From NCBI GenBank assembly GCA_013265495.1, contig MU058153.1, positions 1,304,001 to 1,368,000 of the forward strand: a DNA stretch of 64,000 bases. The letters are read 5' to 3'. Positions 25,011 through 39,269 of the stretch are shown one piece after another (position 1 is the stretch's first letter; each line of letters begins with the position of its first letter). The position numbers were made by a program, and so were the translations under genes. The notes below the pieces were generated by a model. That model saw only the letters and a program-made list of their open reading frames with translations. It was not told the origin of the DNA and searched no databases. Source of the DNA: Vicugna vicugna (taxonomy: Eukaryota).

Positions 25011-28000
25011 AGTGAGCTATCCTAATAGGGGTTATTGTGTAAGTGTAGACCTTCTTATGTAGATCAGCTATGCAACTGGAATAAAACATGAAAAATATCA
25101 ATCTGCTGAATTTCAGAAACAAATAAACAAAGCTTGTCACTTGTTCATGCATTCTCAACAACTGTTGATTGAGTGTTACTATGAGCCGGGAATTATGCTG
25201 ATATGAGATACTGGGAGGAGAGACAGAATCCCTGCTCTCAAGGAACAAACTTCCCCAAAGAAGCAAGGAGGCCGTTTCCATATAGGGCGAAGGAGGTCTG
25301 GGGTCTCATAAGGAAAAGTGACATTGTCCTCACCACTGGCACAACAAAAGTTCATTTTACATAAGAGCTAATTCGTAGACTCCATGGATTCCCAGCTCTG
25401 AGTCTCAACCACTACCTTGCTGTGGAAATTTCTGCAGTTTCCTTTTCCTCTCCAAACCTCAATTTAGTTTTGTTTTATTTTTTTAAGCTATGTATTAGAC
25501 ATTTAAGTTACTTCCTAAGGTAGATGTGATGATTAGATGACATAATTAATCGTTCACATCATGCACAATAAATGCTTAAAAATATTAGCTGTTACTACTA
25601 TTAATCCATGGGTTTTCATCAGATAGTTTAGATAAATTTTAGGTTATAAGAAACAACTGATTTCTCAAGTTTCCTGCTACCAGGGTCCCTAGCCTTAGAG
25701 AGATAATTACAAGTTTAGGATATTTTGAACAACTTGTGAGCCAGGGATCAACAGATCAGAAGTCTATTTTGGATTCAGTTAATTTAGTTTAACACTCAAG
25801 ATTTAGCTGAATTCCTTGTTTTATTTAAAGAGACATGCTTGACGCTTCTGTAACTGTCTTGTACAGCTAAACACTGACAGAAGTGTGATGTCTAAATTAA
25901 TGCCAGCCATACTAATCAAAGGTTATTTGCTCTACTGTTTAAACAGAGATTATTCATGGCATGAGCTGATGTGTTTTGATTTTTCAACATGTCAGCTATA
26001 AGATCAGAGTGGATATTTTAGCCTTGTGATAACTCCCTATAAATAGAGGCATACATTATAAATGCTCATTGATGCAATTATAAATTGTCATTTGGCATCC
26101 TTAGATCCCGGCAAAATGTAATGACCCTGAGTTAGAACATTGCACTGGGGGTGACTTCTGTCTCTAACACCCTGTAAGCTACCAGTTCTCGGTGCAAAGA
26201 GATCCTATTCCTTTTTTCTCATCTGATTGTAAGAAACCTTCCTGCTTATCTGCTCGTTTGGAGAGTTGTCCTTGTCCTAACTGTACACGTGCCCCAGCCA
26301 CTGAGAACGAGGCTCTGCTGAAATGCTAGGAGGTTGGCATCAGTGAAACAGAGCCGAACAGTGTGGCCCAGTCTGACAGGTTTTATCAGATGATTTTACC
26401 CTCTCGTCCTTAGAAGTCCCCATTTAGAGGGTTAGCAAGGAAGAGGTAGCATGATGATGATGATTACCGACTCCTTGGGCTTCAGGTAAGATATTACTCC
26501 ACCTCGATTAAAAACCCCGTCTCTGTTACTAAAAGGTAAAAGCTTGGACAAGTAAATTAGCTTCTGGATATTTTTAAAAGGGGGTAACAGGAATCCAGAA
26601 CTATTTTTTGAGGCATACATGAGATAATATGCACACTTTCAATCCATGGGGCAAGAATCCCCGCTTCCATGAGTTCTTGATCACCAACCCGCCCCCAGTA
26701 CTCCAAGCATGTTAGTGTAACGCAGGAGAGGGGTGAGGTGTGGAATGAATGATTCCCTGCTCTCTTCCCAAAGGCAGAGTATGTTTCCTCCATGCCCTAA
26801 AGTGTCTCTAGCCCTCTGCTTTCTGGTGGCCCCTGTAAGTTCTCCCAGCTTAATGTGCCTGCTAGAATGTCTGATTTATCTCCCTTGAATTTCAAAAATC
26901 CTCCCACAGTTCCAAATTCTCCCCTGCATACCTTTGATTTACTAAACAATTAATGGCCCATTCTTTCTTTCTCCTTTCATTCATATCCAGTCATTAGCAC
27001 CCAAAGTACACCCAAAGGAAAATTAACACAAACAAACAAACAAAGAAACAAACTGCAGCTCTCCTTGTCTCTTGACCCTGCAATAGCACTAGAATGAATG
27101 AACATGTTGAGCAACCCTTGGTCACTCAAGAAATGGGGAAAGGCTGAAATCTGGACTTTATGCAGTCTTGTCCTTTGAACTTCAGGAAATCTCTGAGTTT
27201 ACCCAAAGCCAAAAATACATAAATGAGGCTTGGTGGCACAAGTGGCAGTCTCCAGCTGATTCAATGTGCGCACTAAATTTATTTGGCCAATTTGCACGAT
27301 TCTCTAGGATCAATTAAGGTTGCCTCCCACCACCCATCTGGCCCAGTGAGCAGACTGCTATCAGTATGTTAATGAGATGCAGACCGAAGGCGTTGGAATT
27401 GGGTACCTGGGTGTTCCTTGACTGGGCTCCTGTACTCACGCTGTGCTATGTCTCACTCAATTATAAAATTGCCAGTAACTGGCATCAGGCTCGCGGTGAA
27501 TTCTTTCTTCCACAAGGTGTTTAGCGTCTCCTGTGATTCTGAGTGGCGCCTGTAGTTTGGGGCAGGGCGATTGGGAAGAGCTGTCTTCAAAGTTTTTGTC
27601 CCTCCAAGCATAACCTAAATGTCCAGCTTCTTAACCCAGGTAATAATAGCCTTTGTGACTGGCCACATCAGCCCATAACACTTTTATGGTGTACTTATGG
27701 GCGCCATGAGTCCAATAAAAGCAAGGCAATTGAACTTGACATAATTTCTTCTTTAAAAGAGGTGTCACATTTTGAAAGGTCCCAAGGGATTACCAATGGA
27801 TCAAGAGACAAGTAGCCTGATACTTCATCCTACGTGGGCCTCCTCTCGCACCCACTTTTCTACATGGGAATGTGTCTAATTGGGGGAAAGTCTCTCTTTT
27901 CAAATGAAGGTTAAATAAGTCAGCAACACTCAGGCAGAAGCAGGTCGTCTGCAGGCTACTTTTCTTCATGCACATTTTACTATACGTATAAAATCAGATC

Positions 28001-29564
28001 AAGGGTTGAGGAGGTTTATTAGGGGATAAAAAATACTTTTATGAGCTGCCATATTTCATCCTTGAGTCAATCATGCTGTAATGAGCACCAAGCACAGGAG
28101 GTAAAATGAGATGGAATGTTTGAGGCGAAAGGAAATCTCGGTGGAAATTAACCTGGCCTCAAAAGAGCCTTTAAAAAACAAAATGCTGCCAACAGCAAGT
28201 CAGTCCAACTGCAGATTTGAAGGTCAGCATTCAAAAAGGACAACAAATGCAAATATCGTACCAACCACTTACAAAGTTACTTTGGTAAAAAGAGAGAATG
28301 CAGTCATTCAACTTGAACTACTACTGTTGCTGCCAGTAAAATCATGGCCGATTTGCTCCCCCAGACCTTTATCTGACACGTGCCTGGTCCCTTTTGATCC
28401 AAATATGATCATAGCCCTGGGGAGGCTGTCACCTTCATGGAAATAGATGGCTTTAGGTTTTCTTCTATGTCTACAGCAATCACTATGGCCTGGCCCCCTA
28501 TTAAAGGAGTAAATAAGAAGTTAGAAATTAAAACAACATAAGGGGAAAATGAATGAACCCTTTACAAAAAAAAATTGTTTTAATCATTCTGTATCTGTGG
28601 ATATAGAGTGAAAGGAACACATGACTGCATCTGTCCTTAGGTCACTGCTTTATAATTCCTGCCAAGGAAGTGCCAGAAGAAAGTGACAAATGTCCCAGGA
28701 AATCTGTGGGTATCTGAATTAAATTCTTCACCTCTTTTCATGAGTAACTTTATCCGGAAATGGGCATATTTTATTAGCTGAGGTGACATTCAAACCCAGA
28801 TCAGAAATTTCCTTCTTTTTTGTATTATTACATAGTTGTATTGCATATGCATTGTAGATCAGTGTATTTAAACTGATACAAAAATAAAAGTGAGGAAAGC
28901 TGGGAATGAGAATTTTAAAAATGGCCAAGTTTATGCGCTTTTGCTTCTCCATCTCTCCATTTCATCTTGCAGTCAAATGCAAAGTTGTATTTTGAAACAA
29001 AACTGATGCAAATAACAATATTCAAGATACTCCAGATATTGCTGGGTAATGAAGTGCATCATTATTAATTGCACATTGAATCAAATCAGTGAGTCAACAG
29101 ACACAGATATATGGGACCTGATAACATAGAAGAGTTTAATTAACTCCAGTAGAACTTAAGGGCTTTCTAGAATGATTAATCCAAGGAAGCAACCCACATT
29201 AGAATTATGTATGTGGGCTTTCCAATTTAAGAGTAGCTGGTAAGCCCCATCTGGTAAGAGATACTTTGCTATTATTACCACATATTTGTTTACTGCCTTT
29301 ATACTACAGTTTTAGTTCAGAGGGCCTAAAGTGTTATCCTGAGACTTTGTCACTTCTGAGATATAAAAATAAAAGTGAGGAAAACTAGAAGAGAGAATAG
29401 GAATGAAAAAAAGGAATACATAATGGAAGGGATAATAGTTGCAAATAATTGCTAATTCAGATTTCCTTTGTAGTACCTATAGTAGCTTGCAGCCTACTAG
29501 AAATACTGGTGAGAGTGGTGGCTGACCTAATGTAACTGAACAAAGTCACCAAGTCATTTTGTAG

Positions 29565-29730
29565 CTATATCATTTAATCTTCACAAAACTCCTGTAAGGT
29601 CGGTATTCTTGCCTCTGCGTTACAGATAAAGAACCAGCCCTGTGAGGATTAATGAAATCAGCCAGAGTCCAATGCTTGTTCAGTGGAAGGGCCGGAATTT
29701 GACCCAGGCCAGTCTGATTCTCAAGCTCAA
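29565..29730 (-). mobile_element. MIR SINE
   Basis: TCATTTAATCTTCACAAAACTCCTGTAAGGT...TTACAGATAAAGAACC...GGAATTTGACCCAGG. Confidence 0.75.
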
Positions 29731-30580
29731 GAAGTTTCTTTTATATTCTCCCTGCTCCCAACACAGCTGGATTTTTCAAGATAGTGTCAAGTGCAAGATC
29801 GTCGAAATGCTGAGAGCATCTTAGGGACCATTTGGATATCCTTATTTACTGCCACCTGGCATAATTCACTCCTGTAGCCTTTCGATTTTCTAAATGTCCC
29901 TGAATCTTACTCCCCCTTGACATAGGTTCAGAATGACTTGAGTTAGACAGATAGGGCTTGCCACCTCCAGTGGGAACTCCCTAAACAGAGGAAGAAGTTT
30001 TCTCAGTTTTAATCGGAGTTTGCTTACTGATTACAGTTCTCCTGAAGATGGTAACTTTTCCCCCAGTGAAAAGAATGAATCATTGTTCTCTTAGACTTCC
30101 TTCTCAGAGTCAGAATGAAGACGTTTCACACGTCACCACTAAATGGCAAGGATATGCATCCGATGCCCACGTGAGCGTATATTAGAAACTCGTGTCTTTG
30201 GGAACCCACCCCTGCCTCTGAGAATAGCTTTGCGTGTAGTGCTATAAGCATTTATACTGAAGTATTGTTGGACAGATGGTATAATTAAATAAGCTCACTT
30301 ATCTATAGTATACTGCCAATTTTTGGAAATACACCTAATTAATACATAAAGTAATACACAAATGTGCAAAAGAACGTGGCAATAGGTAGGTTTTTTTTTT
30401 TTAAGATTCTATTAACTTTGGGGGCTGTGCCATTAGTGGTTTACTTCTGCTTGGGAATTTCCCGACTTTATTAAAAGGGGCTCAGTGGAAATCTAGTAGG
30501 TAGTGAATTGTTTATAGAAAAATGTAATAAGCCTGTCAAGAGTGGATTTCTAATTTGATTAAAACAATCCCTTGTTACAA

Positions 30581-30625
30581 AGAAAAGGAAGGAAGGAAGG
30601 GAGGAAGGAAGGAAGGAAGGAAGGA

Positions 30626-30657
<32 letters not shown>

Positions 30658-30660
30658 GAG
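30581..30660. repeat. (GGAA)n(GAAA)n purine microsatellite
   Basis: Directly visible purine-only tract. Confidence 0.95.
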
Positions 30661-30932
30661 ATTGAGAATCTACCAATAAGATGGTCTGACTCCCGAGAGA
30701 TCAAAATAGAAGAGCTGAAAGAAAAGATCAAGCACAGAAGTCTATTTCTTCAACAGGTATAAAGCATCTCATGTTAGGAGACTTCCTGCCAGAAGGGAGA
30801 TTGAGAATCTACCAATAAGATGGTCTGACTCTCGAGAGATCAAAATAGAAGAGCTGAAAGAAAAGATCAAGCACAGAAGTCTGTTTCTTCAACAGGTATA
30901 AAGCATCTCATGTTAGGAGACTTCCTGCCAGA
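30658..30932. repeat. Tandem duplication, period 139 bp (copies 30658-30793 and 30797-30932)
   Basis: Two 136-bp copies differing at 2 positions. Confidence 0.95.
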
Positions 30933-33326
30933 TGGTTTCCTGACAGAGCAGAATAGTGAGAACAATTTGAGTGTTGGACCCACCAGCCAGGAGGTTGAAT
31001 CCTGGTTCTGCTCTATGTTAGGCACAGGACCTTGCAAAAACTACTTAAACTGCCTCATAAGACAAGATGAAAAAGACAGCAACAGGTATAATTCTAGTGA
31101 TTACCGGTACATTTCAGCTATGGTAATATATAATATGTTTACAAGAAAGAAGCTTCCAGTGAAGTTTGTTTTCTACTTGTTTCCTTCCCCTAATTTTGAT
31201 CCTAAGATTTCCTGTTTCCAGAGCCATCCACTCTGCCTCTCCATTCACGCTACAGAGCAAAGATATTCCTAGGAGATTCCTCTGTTATATAACACAACTT
31301 AATTCTAAAAACACGCAATGGCTGAGAACCATTGTGTCTCGATGCTATGGTAGTTTATGTGGGGGCTTCAGTAATTTGTTCTCTGAAATTTAGCATAAGA
31401 ATCAGGAGCTGATCATGATCACAATGAATCATTTCTAATCATATATTTTGAAGCCTGTGTCCCAATGCCCAAAGGCTGAATTTCTACAGAGAAACTAGAT
31501 TCGATATGGTGCCTGGCCAATGATATAATGATAATCGCACCAACAGAGAACCATTGACGGCAGAGACATGGCTTAGTCATCAGCAAATGAGAACAGACTC
31601 AAGTTTCCAAGCTCAGAGACGGCAAGCAGCCTACTCCAAATACAGCATATTTCTGTGAGCGCTAGATGATCGGGTTACACCCCAGAGACTGAAACTTGCT
31701 TATCTTCTTTATCTGCTCTCATAAACTGCTCCTTATGACATGAAATTACCCAGCCAATTTTGAATACTAGAGACAATATTTATTTGACAAAAATAAGAAA
31801 TGCTGAGAATTGATAGCAAGTCTCAGCATGCTGAAATCTCCCTATATTTGCATTAAATGTACTGTTGCGTTAAAATTTACCTGTGTGACAGGTGTTCTAC
31901 AGCAGGATTATGGAACAGACCTTAAAGGCAGGCCCAACTGATTGATGACCAATTTATGATTGTATTGCCCAAACCAGTTGTGCCCCTCAGATTGGCCACA
32001 TTGACTTTTTTTTTCCTACTACTTCCTTATCACCAAGACTTTTTAATTCATTTTTTCATTTTAAAACCAGCTTTAACTATCCCAGCACATTACTAAGTGA
32101 TTAATGCTTTCCCCAGCAGAGACTAATTCTTCTCTCAGATCAAATTAATCCATTGATTCCGGCTTGTGGATGTTCATTCTCTTAACCATGGGACTGTGTA
32201 TTATACAGTTATCGAGAGCCATGGGATACTTAGACAATGCTTGAATGGTTGTCAGGGAAACAATGTGAATATCCCTTCTACTGCGATACTGAGCTAAGTG
32301 CGCGCACACACACACACACACACATACACACAATAGCTGTCAATCAGTTTGTAAAATATGTGTCAGGTAGAGACAAGATCTTTTTTTTTTTTCCCCTTCA
32401 AGGGCATTACTAATTATGTGTGTGCGGTGTAAGTCTATGCATGTGTATGCGTATGCGAACACAGGTTTCATTTGCATTAAATTCTCAGCATGTTTTCCAT
32501 TCACAGTGATTTTTTTTATCTTTTAATGATATTTTTGTACCATAGAGCCCATTGATTACAATAAATTTTCCATGAAGGGTGTAGCAAATACTATTATTGA
32601 CTATACTCATTCTGATGTAAAATTAGTAGAGAAACTTACAGATTAAAAGAGCAGGAAGGGTGACAGATGTTTTGCATGCGTTGTCTCAATTAATCATCCC
32701 AACCAGCAACAGCCTTATACTCTATGTCACATTATCTCCACTTACAGGTAAGGAAACTAAGTCATAAAAATGAAGCAACTTGTCTATGGATACAAAAATA
32801 TTAATTAGTCCCAAGTATTAAGAACCAAGTACACAAAAATGAATATTTGTGCCCAGTTCTTCCTCTGACCCAAGCATTAAACCACTATAATTTACGGCTC
32901 TCCTATAGATTCTGGCTCCCCCGTTTTGTTTCCTAACTATTCCCAGTCTATACGTCACACTGATCAAAATTTAACCATGAAGTTCTAAAAACCAGACTAA
33001 GAGCAAAGGATTCTAAAGCAGAGTCTATAGAACCACAGCCACCAGACTCCACCACAATCTATGATTATTATAGATTCTAATTTTCTGATTCCAGTTCCCT
33101 CAATCTAGGATGCCTATTTTGCTTTTTCTGAAAAACTCCTACTCTCTCAAGGTTTAATTGAAGCATGTCCTCCCCAGTGAAGCCTTTCCTGCTCTGAGAA
33201 AATGTGTTCTTTTCCCCTTATGTCTTGCACAAGTCTTCACTGAAACATGAATGTTTTCACAACTGTTTTTCTTAGAATCCATAAATTCTACAGGGTGTGA
33301 GAGGCCACTTGTTAATCTGCACAGAA

Positions 33327-33508
33327 CAGTGGTTCCTGGACTTCAGCACACACCCGAATCATCCAGAGTTCTTTAAAACACAGATTGCTGAGCCCTGCCA
33401 GCCAGCGATTCTAATCCAGTAAGGCTGAGGTGGAGCCCACAGATTTGCATTTCTAAGTTCACAGCCGATATGGATGATGCCGGCCTGGACCACAATTTGA
33501 GAACTGCT
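33327..33508. mobile_element. MER5A hAT-Charlie MITE
   Basis: CAGTGGTTCC...AAAACACAGATTGCTGAGCCC...ATTTGCATTTCTAAG...GGACCACAATTTGAGAACTGCT. Confidence 0.8.
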
Positions 33509-35263
33509 TATATATCAGCTGACACATAAAAACATGTTAAAGGAACATCTCACTCTGTGGCCTTCATTCCACAGAACAAGTTGCTGCTAAAGGTTTAGGA
33601 TGAAGCATGATGTGCTCATAGCCATCAGGTATGAATCGATTCCCACGCAGGGAGAACGGAGTATCAGAAGCAATTACAGAAATACAGAAATACTCCAGGT
33701 TCTGTCATCCTCTCCCATCTTCCTAACCAGTTATTTCAAGCTGAGAGTGGGAAGTGGAAAGGCAGACTTTTAGCCTTGAAAGGAAACAGGAATTTCAAAT
33801 TTCTGGGCCTTCTACTTTGAGTGTCTACGGACTTTGATGCATTTACCAGAAATACAAACACAAATTTGCTTGCCTTATTTTGGGGGGTAAATATCACACA
33901 GTAGGAATTAGACTTGAATTTTAAGCATTTTATGAAAACTTCTGGATTTAAAATAGTTGTCTGGGCCTACATGAAATCAAATTAATTAATCAATGTTCTT
34001 CACTAAAATAGTTCCACATTTTGTATTGTAATTGGATCGTGACCGAAATGACTGGTGGGGTAAATATTGTTTAGACCCAGTAGGGTGTGTCCCTCCTCAG
34101 AGTCTGTGTTAGGATCTCCTATAATTTTCATTCTCACCTCCATGTATTTTTGAGCTACCACAGTTCTTCATATATTTAATCTCCTCTCCTGTTCAGACTG
34201 GTTTTTAGGGATGCTTCTACTGTTAGTCATTTTCACTTTACAACGACTTTAATTCATATGGCCTCCCTTGCTATTTGTACGAAGTCTAATTCCTCTGTAA
34301 CAGCTATAATAGTTGAATAAATCAAGGCTTTTGTACCTGTCAGATATCTGTCAGTAAAGAAATGGGGAGCACACACAGGCACGTACACACAAGCGTATTT
34401 CATCTCTAACTCCATGTATTTATGAACCCCAGTGCCGTATCGGACCTTCCTTGAATTCTGCAAAAAGCAATTGTGCCAGGGGATTGATACTCAGTTGTTA
34501 CAGCACAAACATGGTTTGTGTATCTGCTATTTACTCCTGTGTCCTTTCACAGCTAAGGAACGTAATCAGAATCATTAACTCCAAACTGAAAGGGACATTT
34601 TTGGCTGCCTGAACCAAATCTATCGCAGCACGGTCACTGAACAGTGCAGCTGACCAGACACTCACTACTCGGCAAGGCTGTCCAGTCTGTGGTCAATAAT
34701 TAATTCTAGAAACAGGTTACTTTTAATATTATAAAGTTTGTCCCTTCACTAATTCTAATTCTACCTCACAGAAATACATTTAACATCTATACCCCAAAAA
34801 CTCTTCTAAAAGACAAGTCAATATTAATAAATCACCTTTGACATGACCCCACATGGCCTTATTATGCCTACAAGGCAAAATGTTCTCATTTAATTGTTCA
34901 TGGAAATGAGAAATTTTGATCAGATACTTAAAGTATATTTGTAGTAATTTTCTGTGATCACCCCTAAAGTTAATCAAGAGAAATAAGTCAATCATTAAAC
35001 ACTTTCAGAAAAAAATCCAAACATCAATTTTTTCATTGTCGCACATCAGTCCATTTCTTGGTATATGATGTGACTTGCTACGCCTTATAGTGGAATGTCC
35101 AGAATGAAAGTTCGGTGCCCTACCAAGTAAATCCAGAATATAAAACTCAAAAACCTCACAGACTCAGACTGGCAAAAATATCATTTATTGCTATCTGTAG
35201 AGTTTCTTATATGTCTCGGAAACTCTGAACTACTCCATAGGATGTTCTTAACTTTAGATGGAG

Positions 35264-35470
35264 GCACAGTTTCTCAACCACAGTGGGACTGACGTTTTAT
35301 GCTGGGTAATTCTTTGCTTTGGGATCTGTTCTGTGCATTGTAAAGTGTTTCATAACATCACTGACCTCTACTCACTAGATGCCAGCAGCACCCTCCCAGA
35401 TGCAATAACTGAAAATGTTTCCAAACATTGATGGTTTTGCCCTGGGTGGGAAAATGATTAAAGAATGGTG
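35264..35470 (+). mobile_element. MER20 hAT-Charlie MITE
   Basis: TTTCTCAACC...TAATTCTTTG...CTGTGCATTGTAAAGTGTTT...CCTCTACTCACTAGATGCCAGCAGCACC. Confidence 0.8.
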
Positions 35471-37364
35471 TGTCCTCTCGTTTTTCTCTCAAAAAGCTTT
35501 CAGATCCTTTTTTTATAATATATTCATTCTTTCCCTGGGAACCTTTAGGATGTGTGTATCAGAATTTCTCCCAGAATAAAATAATAGTAATAATAATTAA
35601 TAATAATAATAATAACCACCATCTAGTCTATAGAATATTCCAATACAGAAAATGCCAGAAAGTTAGATCCAAACCACTGAAATATGAACTATGAATCTGA
35701 AAATAATCCAACTCTGTAGACCTCCTTACCCTCCACCCACCTCCCCCAAACGTAACAACACTTATTCACGTATCACAGTTGAAGAGAAGCATTAGATACG
35801 CGGCCCACAGAGAAATGTACACCGACGTTAAGCAGCAAGGAAGTGACCCAGACGTGAGTGGGAGGACCAGTGCTGATGGGATGAGTGATCCACAGCTCAG
35901 AAAGCACCAATAGTAGGTCTCTTCATAATGATACACACTATGTAACACACACCAGTGTCACCACCATTATCAAACAACGAGCTACCTCTTTTTCCTACTG
36001 TGTAGCTGTTGACATAGAGGGACCCAGACAAGAGCAAGGGTAAGAAGCCTCGGATAGCGAGTGTTGTGTGTCATGAGATCCTGCTAAGAATTTTCAGGTC
36101 AAGGCTGCATTCATGGCCTCAGAGCCCATCGACTTTAGCCCAAAGCTGTGATTTGAACAACCTCTTCTATTTTTTTGTTCTTCTGTCTGTCTTCTCATTG
36201 GCTTACATTCTCGTTGGCCTTTCTGATGCTGTGCTATTTATGAAACATTAGACACACGGGGAGGGTTTGTAAATATGATTTTTAAAAAGAAGATCTGCTG
36301 ATGAATATAGTGTAGTTATCGGCACTTGTACTTTAGGGGAAAAAGTCATTAGCAAACTAACATGATGTATACATTGGGGACCATGAACTTTCTTGGCATG
36401 CATTGGTTCTGTTCCTTGGAGAATCTCCTAATTTTGTCCTGTGGCTCTTTTGTTAGCTACACTTTTGGATTGTCAGCCACTGTGTATTGCAGACCACTCT
36501 GGGCTGCAAGACATTTCACTCTTCCATCCCAGATACACAAAGACACACAGACACATACACACAGAGGCATTGAAATGCTCACACTGTCCCTGTTTTTTGT
36601 CTCTTGGTGCTAAAGAACACTAGCAAACTCCCCTGCTCACTTCAGAGTTGGTAACTTCATCAAGTCATTACATGCCAAGCACTGAGCTACAGCATCTGGC
36701 TGCAAAGCTGTTTAATCTCCCTGGGAGTTTAGTGGTTTAAATCCATGACTAACAATCATATAAAAAATATGGCAAAACCAGATGTCTTTAAACTCCTGTA
36801 GTTTTTTGAAGCTAGAGTTCATTTCTCCTCAATTTCTCAAGTTTTCTCACGCTCCAAAGAAAATTCAACCAAATTTACTCTCTGCTCTGCTCTCCCCCTT
36901 TCTGTGTCTCTGTATAAATGCACCAGGCAATCCGATCTGTAAGACATGTACTCAGATTCTTGACCTGAAAACCTTCTAAGAAGTCACTGTGCTTGAGGGT
37001 GTGACCTCCAGCTCCATGTCAGCCTTGGAAAGGCTGACAAATGGGGTTTTCATGAGTGGATGTGGAATTATTCTCATCTTGATTTTTTGAATCTTTTAAG
37101 CCATGCAGATGAAGCTTATTTGTGAAAACAGATGTGAGAAGTAAAATGACAAAACAGACCCTTAATTATCCTTATGGTTATCGCTAATAATTAACTGGTT
37201 CGTATCTCTTTTTCTTACGTAAGAGTGTTAGTTGGTAACAGTAGCACATATATTCCACAACCTTCCAGGACAGTCCTAAAAACTTAAAATAAATTAAATT
37301 CAAGTTTAAATACCACACAGTTAATTACTTGTATTGTCCTCATTATAAAGGTAACTGAGGCAAG

Positions 37365-37505
37365 CAAGGGTATATCTCAGTGGTAGGGTGCATGTGTAGC
37401 ATGCACGGGGTCCTGGGTTCAATCCCCAGGACCTTCGTTAAAATAACTGAATAAATGAATAAACCTTCCCCCTACCAAAAAAAAAAAAAAGAGAGAGAAA
37501 GAAAA
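37365..37505 (+). mobile_element. tRNA-Ala-derived SINE (vic-1-like), inserted in a MIR
   Basis: GGGTATATCTCAGTGGTAGGGTGCATGTGTAGCATGCACGGGGTCCTGGGTTCAATCCCCAG plus an A-rich tail. Confidence 0.88.
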
Positions 37506-39269
37506 TTGTTACCTAAAGCATGTAGAGATTAAGTGATCTGACTAATGTTCATAGATGAGAAGTAAAGACAGATTTGAAAGCAGGCTTCCTGGTTGTAGAG
37601 ATTATGGACTTAACTCCCACGTTTTTCTCCCTCCCTATTCCCAGTTGTTGGTCAGTTTGGTGAGGACAGGAACTGTCTGTCTAGCTGCACACGTGTGGAT
37701 CAGTCTCTCTGTGTTGTCATGCATGGTCAAATGAGAGATGACAATTATTCTTTTAAGAAATAATTGTGGTGTGTTCACAGCGCCACACTTTTGTCTGAAA
37801 ATACTCAAATTTCATCAGAACCTGCTGCATACGTCAAGGCTTGACTCTTTCCATCTATATAAATTAGCTCTAGCCTATCTGTTTGCCACAGAATGTCAGG
37901 CTTTGGCCAAAATGATTGCATTTTACTAAGGGAGGTCCTGTGTGTCTTGTGAGGAAAAGGCTAAGTAAGTGATTAAGCTAACTTTGTGAGCAGTACTTGT
38001 TTCCTCCAAATGCTGTCCAGTGTTGGGAAGGTTTGTTGATTTGTACTTTGTCATTATTCCTCTCTAGCTGTTGCAAAAATGTTTCACTTTCCACCTTGGT
38101 TAGATTCCCCAAATACCAGAAACCTTATCTATTTGGAATAGGCTTCCTCTACTTCATTTATAGAGAGTACTTCAGTGTAATTATCACTGCTGAGGAAGGA
38201 ATGTTGGAATCTGTTTGCCAGTGTTATTTTTTTCCCTTCTAAGATGATACATTGCTAATTAAATGGAAAGTGTGTTACCATGAATGACTATGAGCCTTAA
38301 AGTTAATATTGAATAACTCAGTTAGCTATATGGTTTAAAAACCAATCTGTTGCCTGATTCTATTACGAGAAACTTCTGCTCAACTGGAAAATATCTTAGC
38401 AATCTCAGGGGATCCATCGGTATGATTCTTACACCTGTTTCAAAAATTAACATAAAAGAAGCATAAAGAATTTAAACAGTTTTTCGTCAGCTGTGTGACT
38501 TTAGACCTTCCATTCAGCCTTCTTGTGCTTCAGGTTTTCCCATTTGTAAAATGAGGAGTTTGAAGAAGCCATCGCAAAGTATTTGGACTTTTATCCCCAC
38601 CCCTAATCATTAAAATTCAAAGGATGTTGAAATTCATTGCCTGATGATAAATGAGGCACTGAAAGAGGTAAATATAGTGCCCTGATTAATAACCCAGTAG
38701 CACTTTGTACAGGATGGAGAAGAATCTTGGGGAGACTTAGCAACATTCCCCCTTTCTGCTATACTTGCTGGGTATGAAATTAACTCTTCCTAAAAAAGAA
38801 TATCTGAAATTTCAGAGTAAACCATGTTAGGAATATGGAAAAACTTGATAATAATTCTTAAACCTTTATGCTTCTCTGGAATTTTGTTTTGTTTTTGTTT
38901 TAGCTGATATTCTCTCTGTTTTCCTGGAACATATTAAGTGTTCAACAAGTTACAGATATTAAAATTTTATGATAGCTCTGTATGGGGAAATTTGAAGTCA
39001 AAAAATAAGAAAAAACAAAAAAGAACCAATTAACTCCATTAAACAATTCACTATTTGAACTCAGGAACTATAAACTATTTTTCATCCATCTCTGTAACTT
39101 TAGAATCTAGCACAGTGTGTGGCACAAAACAGGAAATAATGACTGGATATTGAATGAAAGAATAAGACTATCTTGCTCCTTCATTTGAAATATCTCTCTC
39201 TGTCTTCTCATTTTATTTGGCTTTCTCTTTTTGTCTCTATGAAATTAAGACAAACAGTTCCCTTCATGA

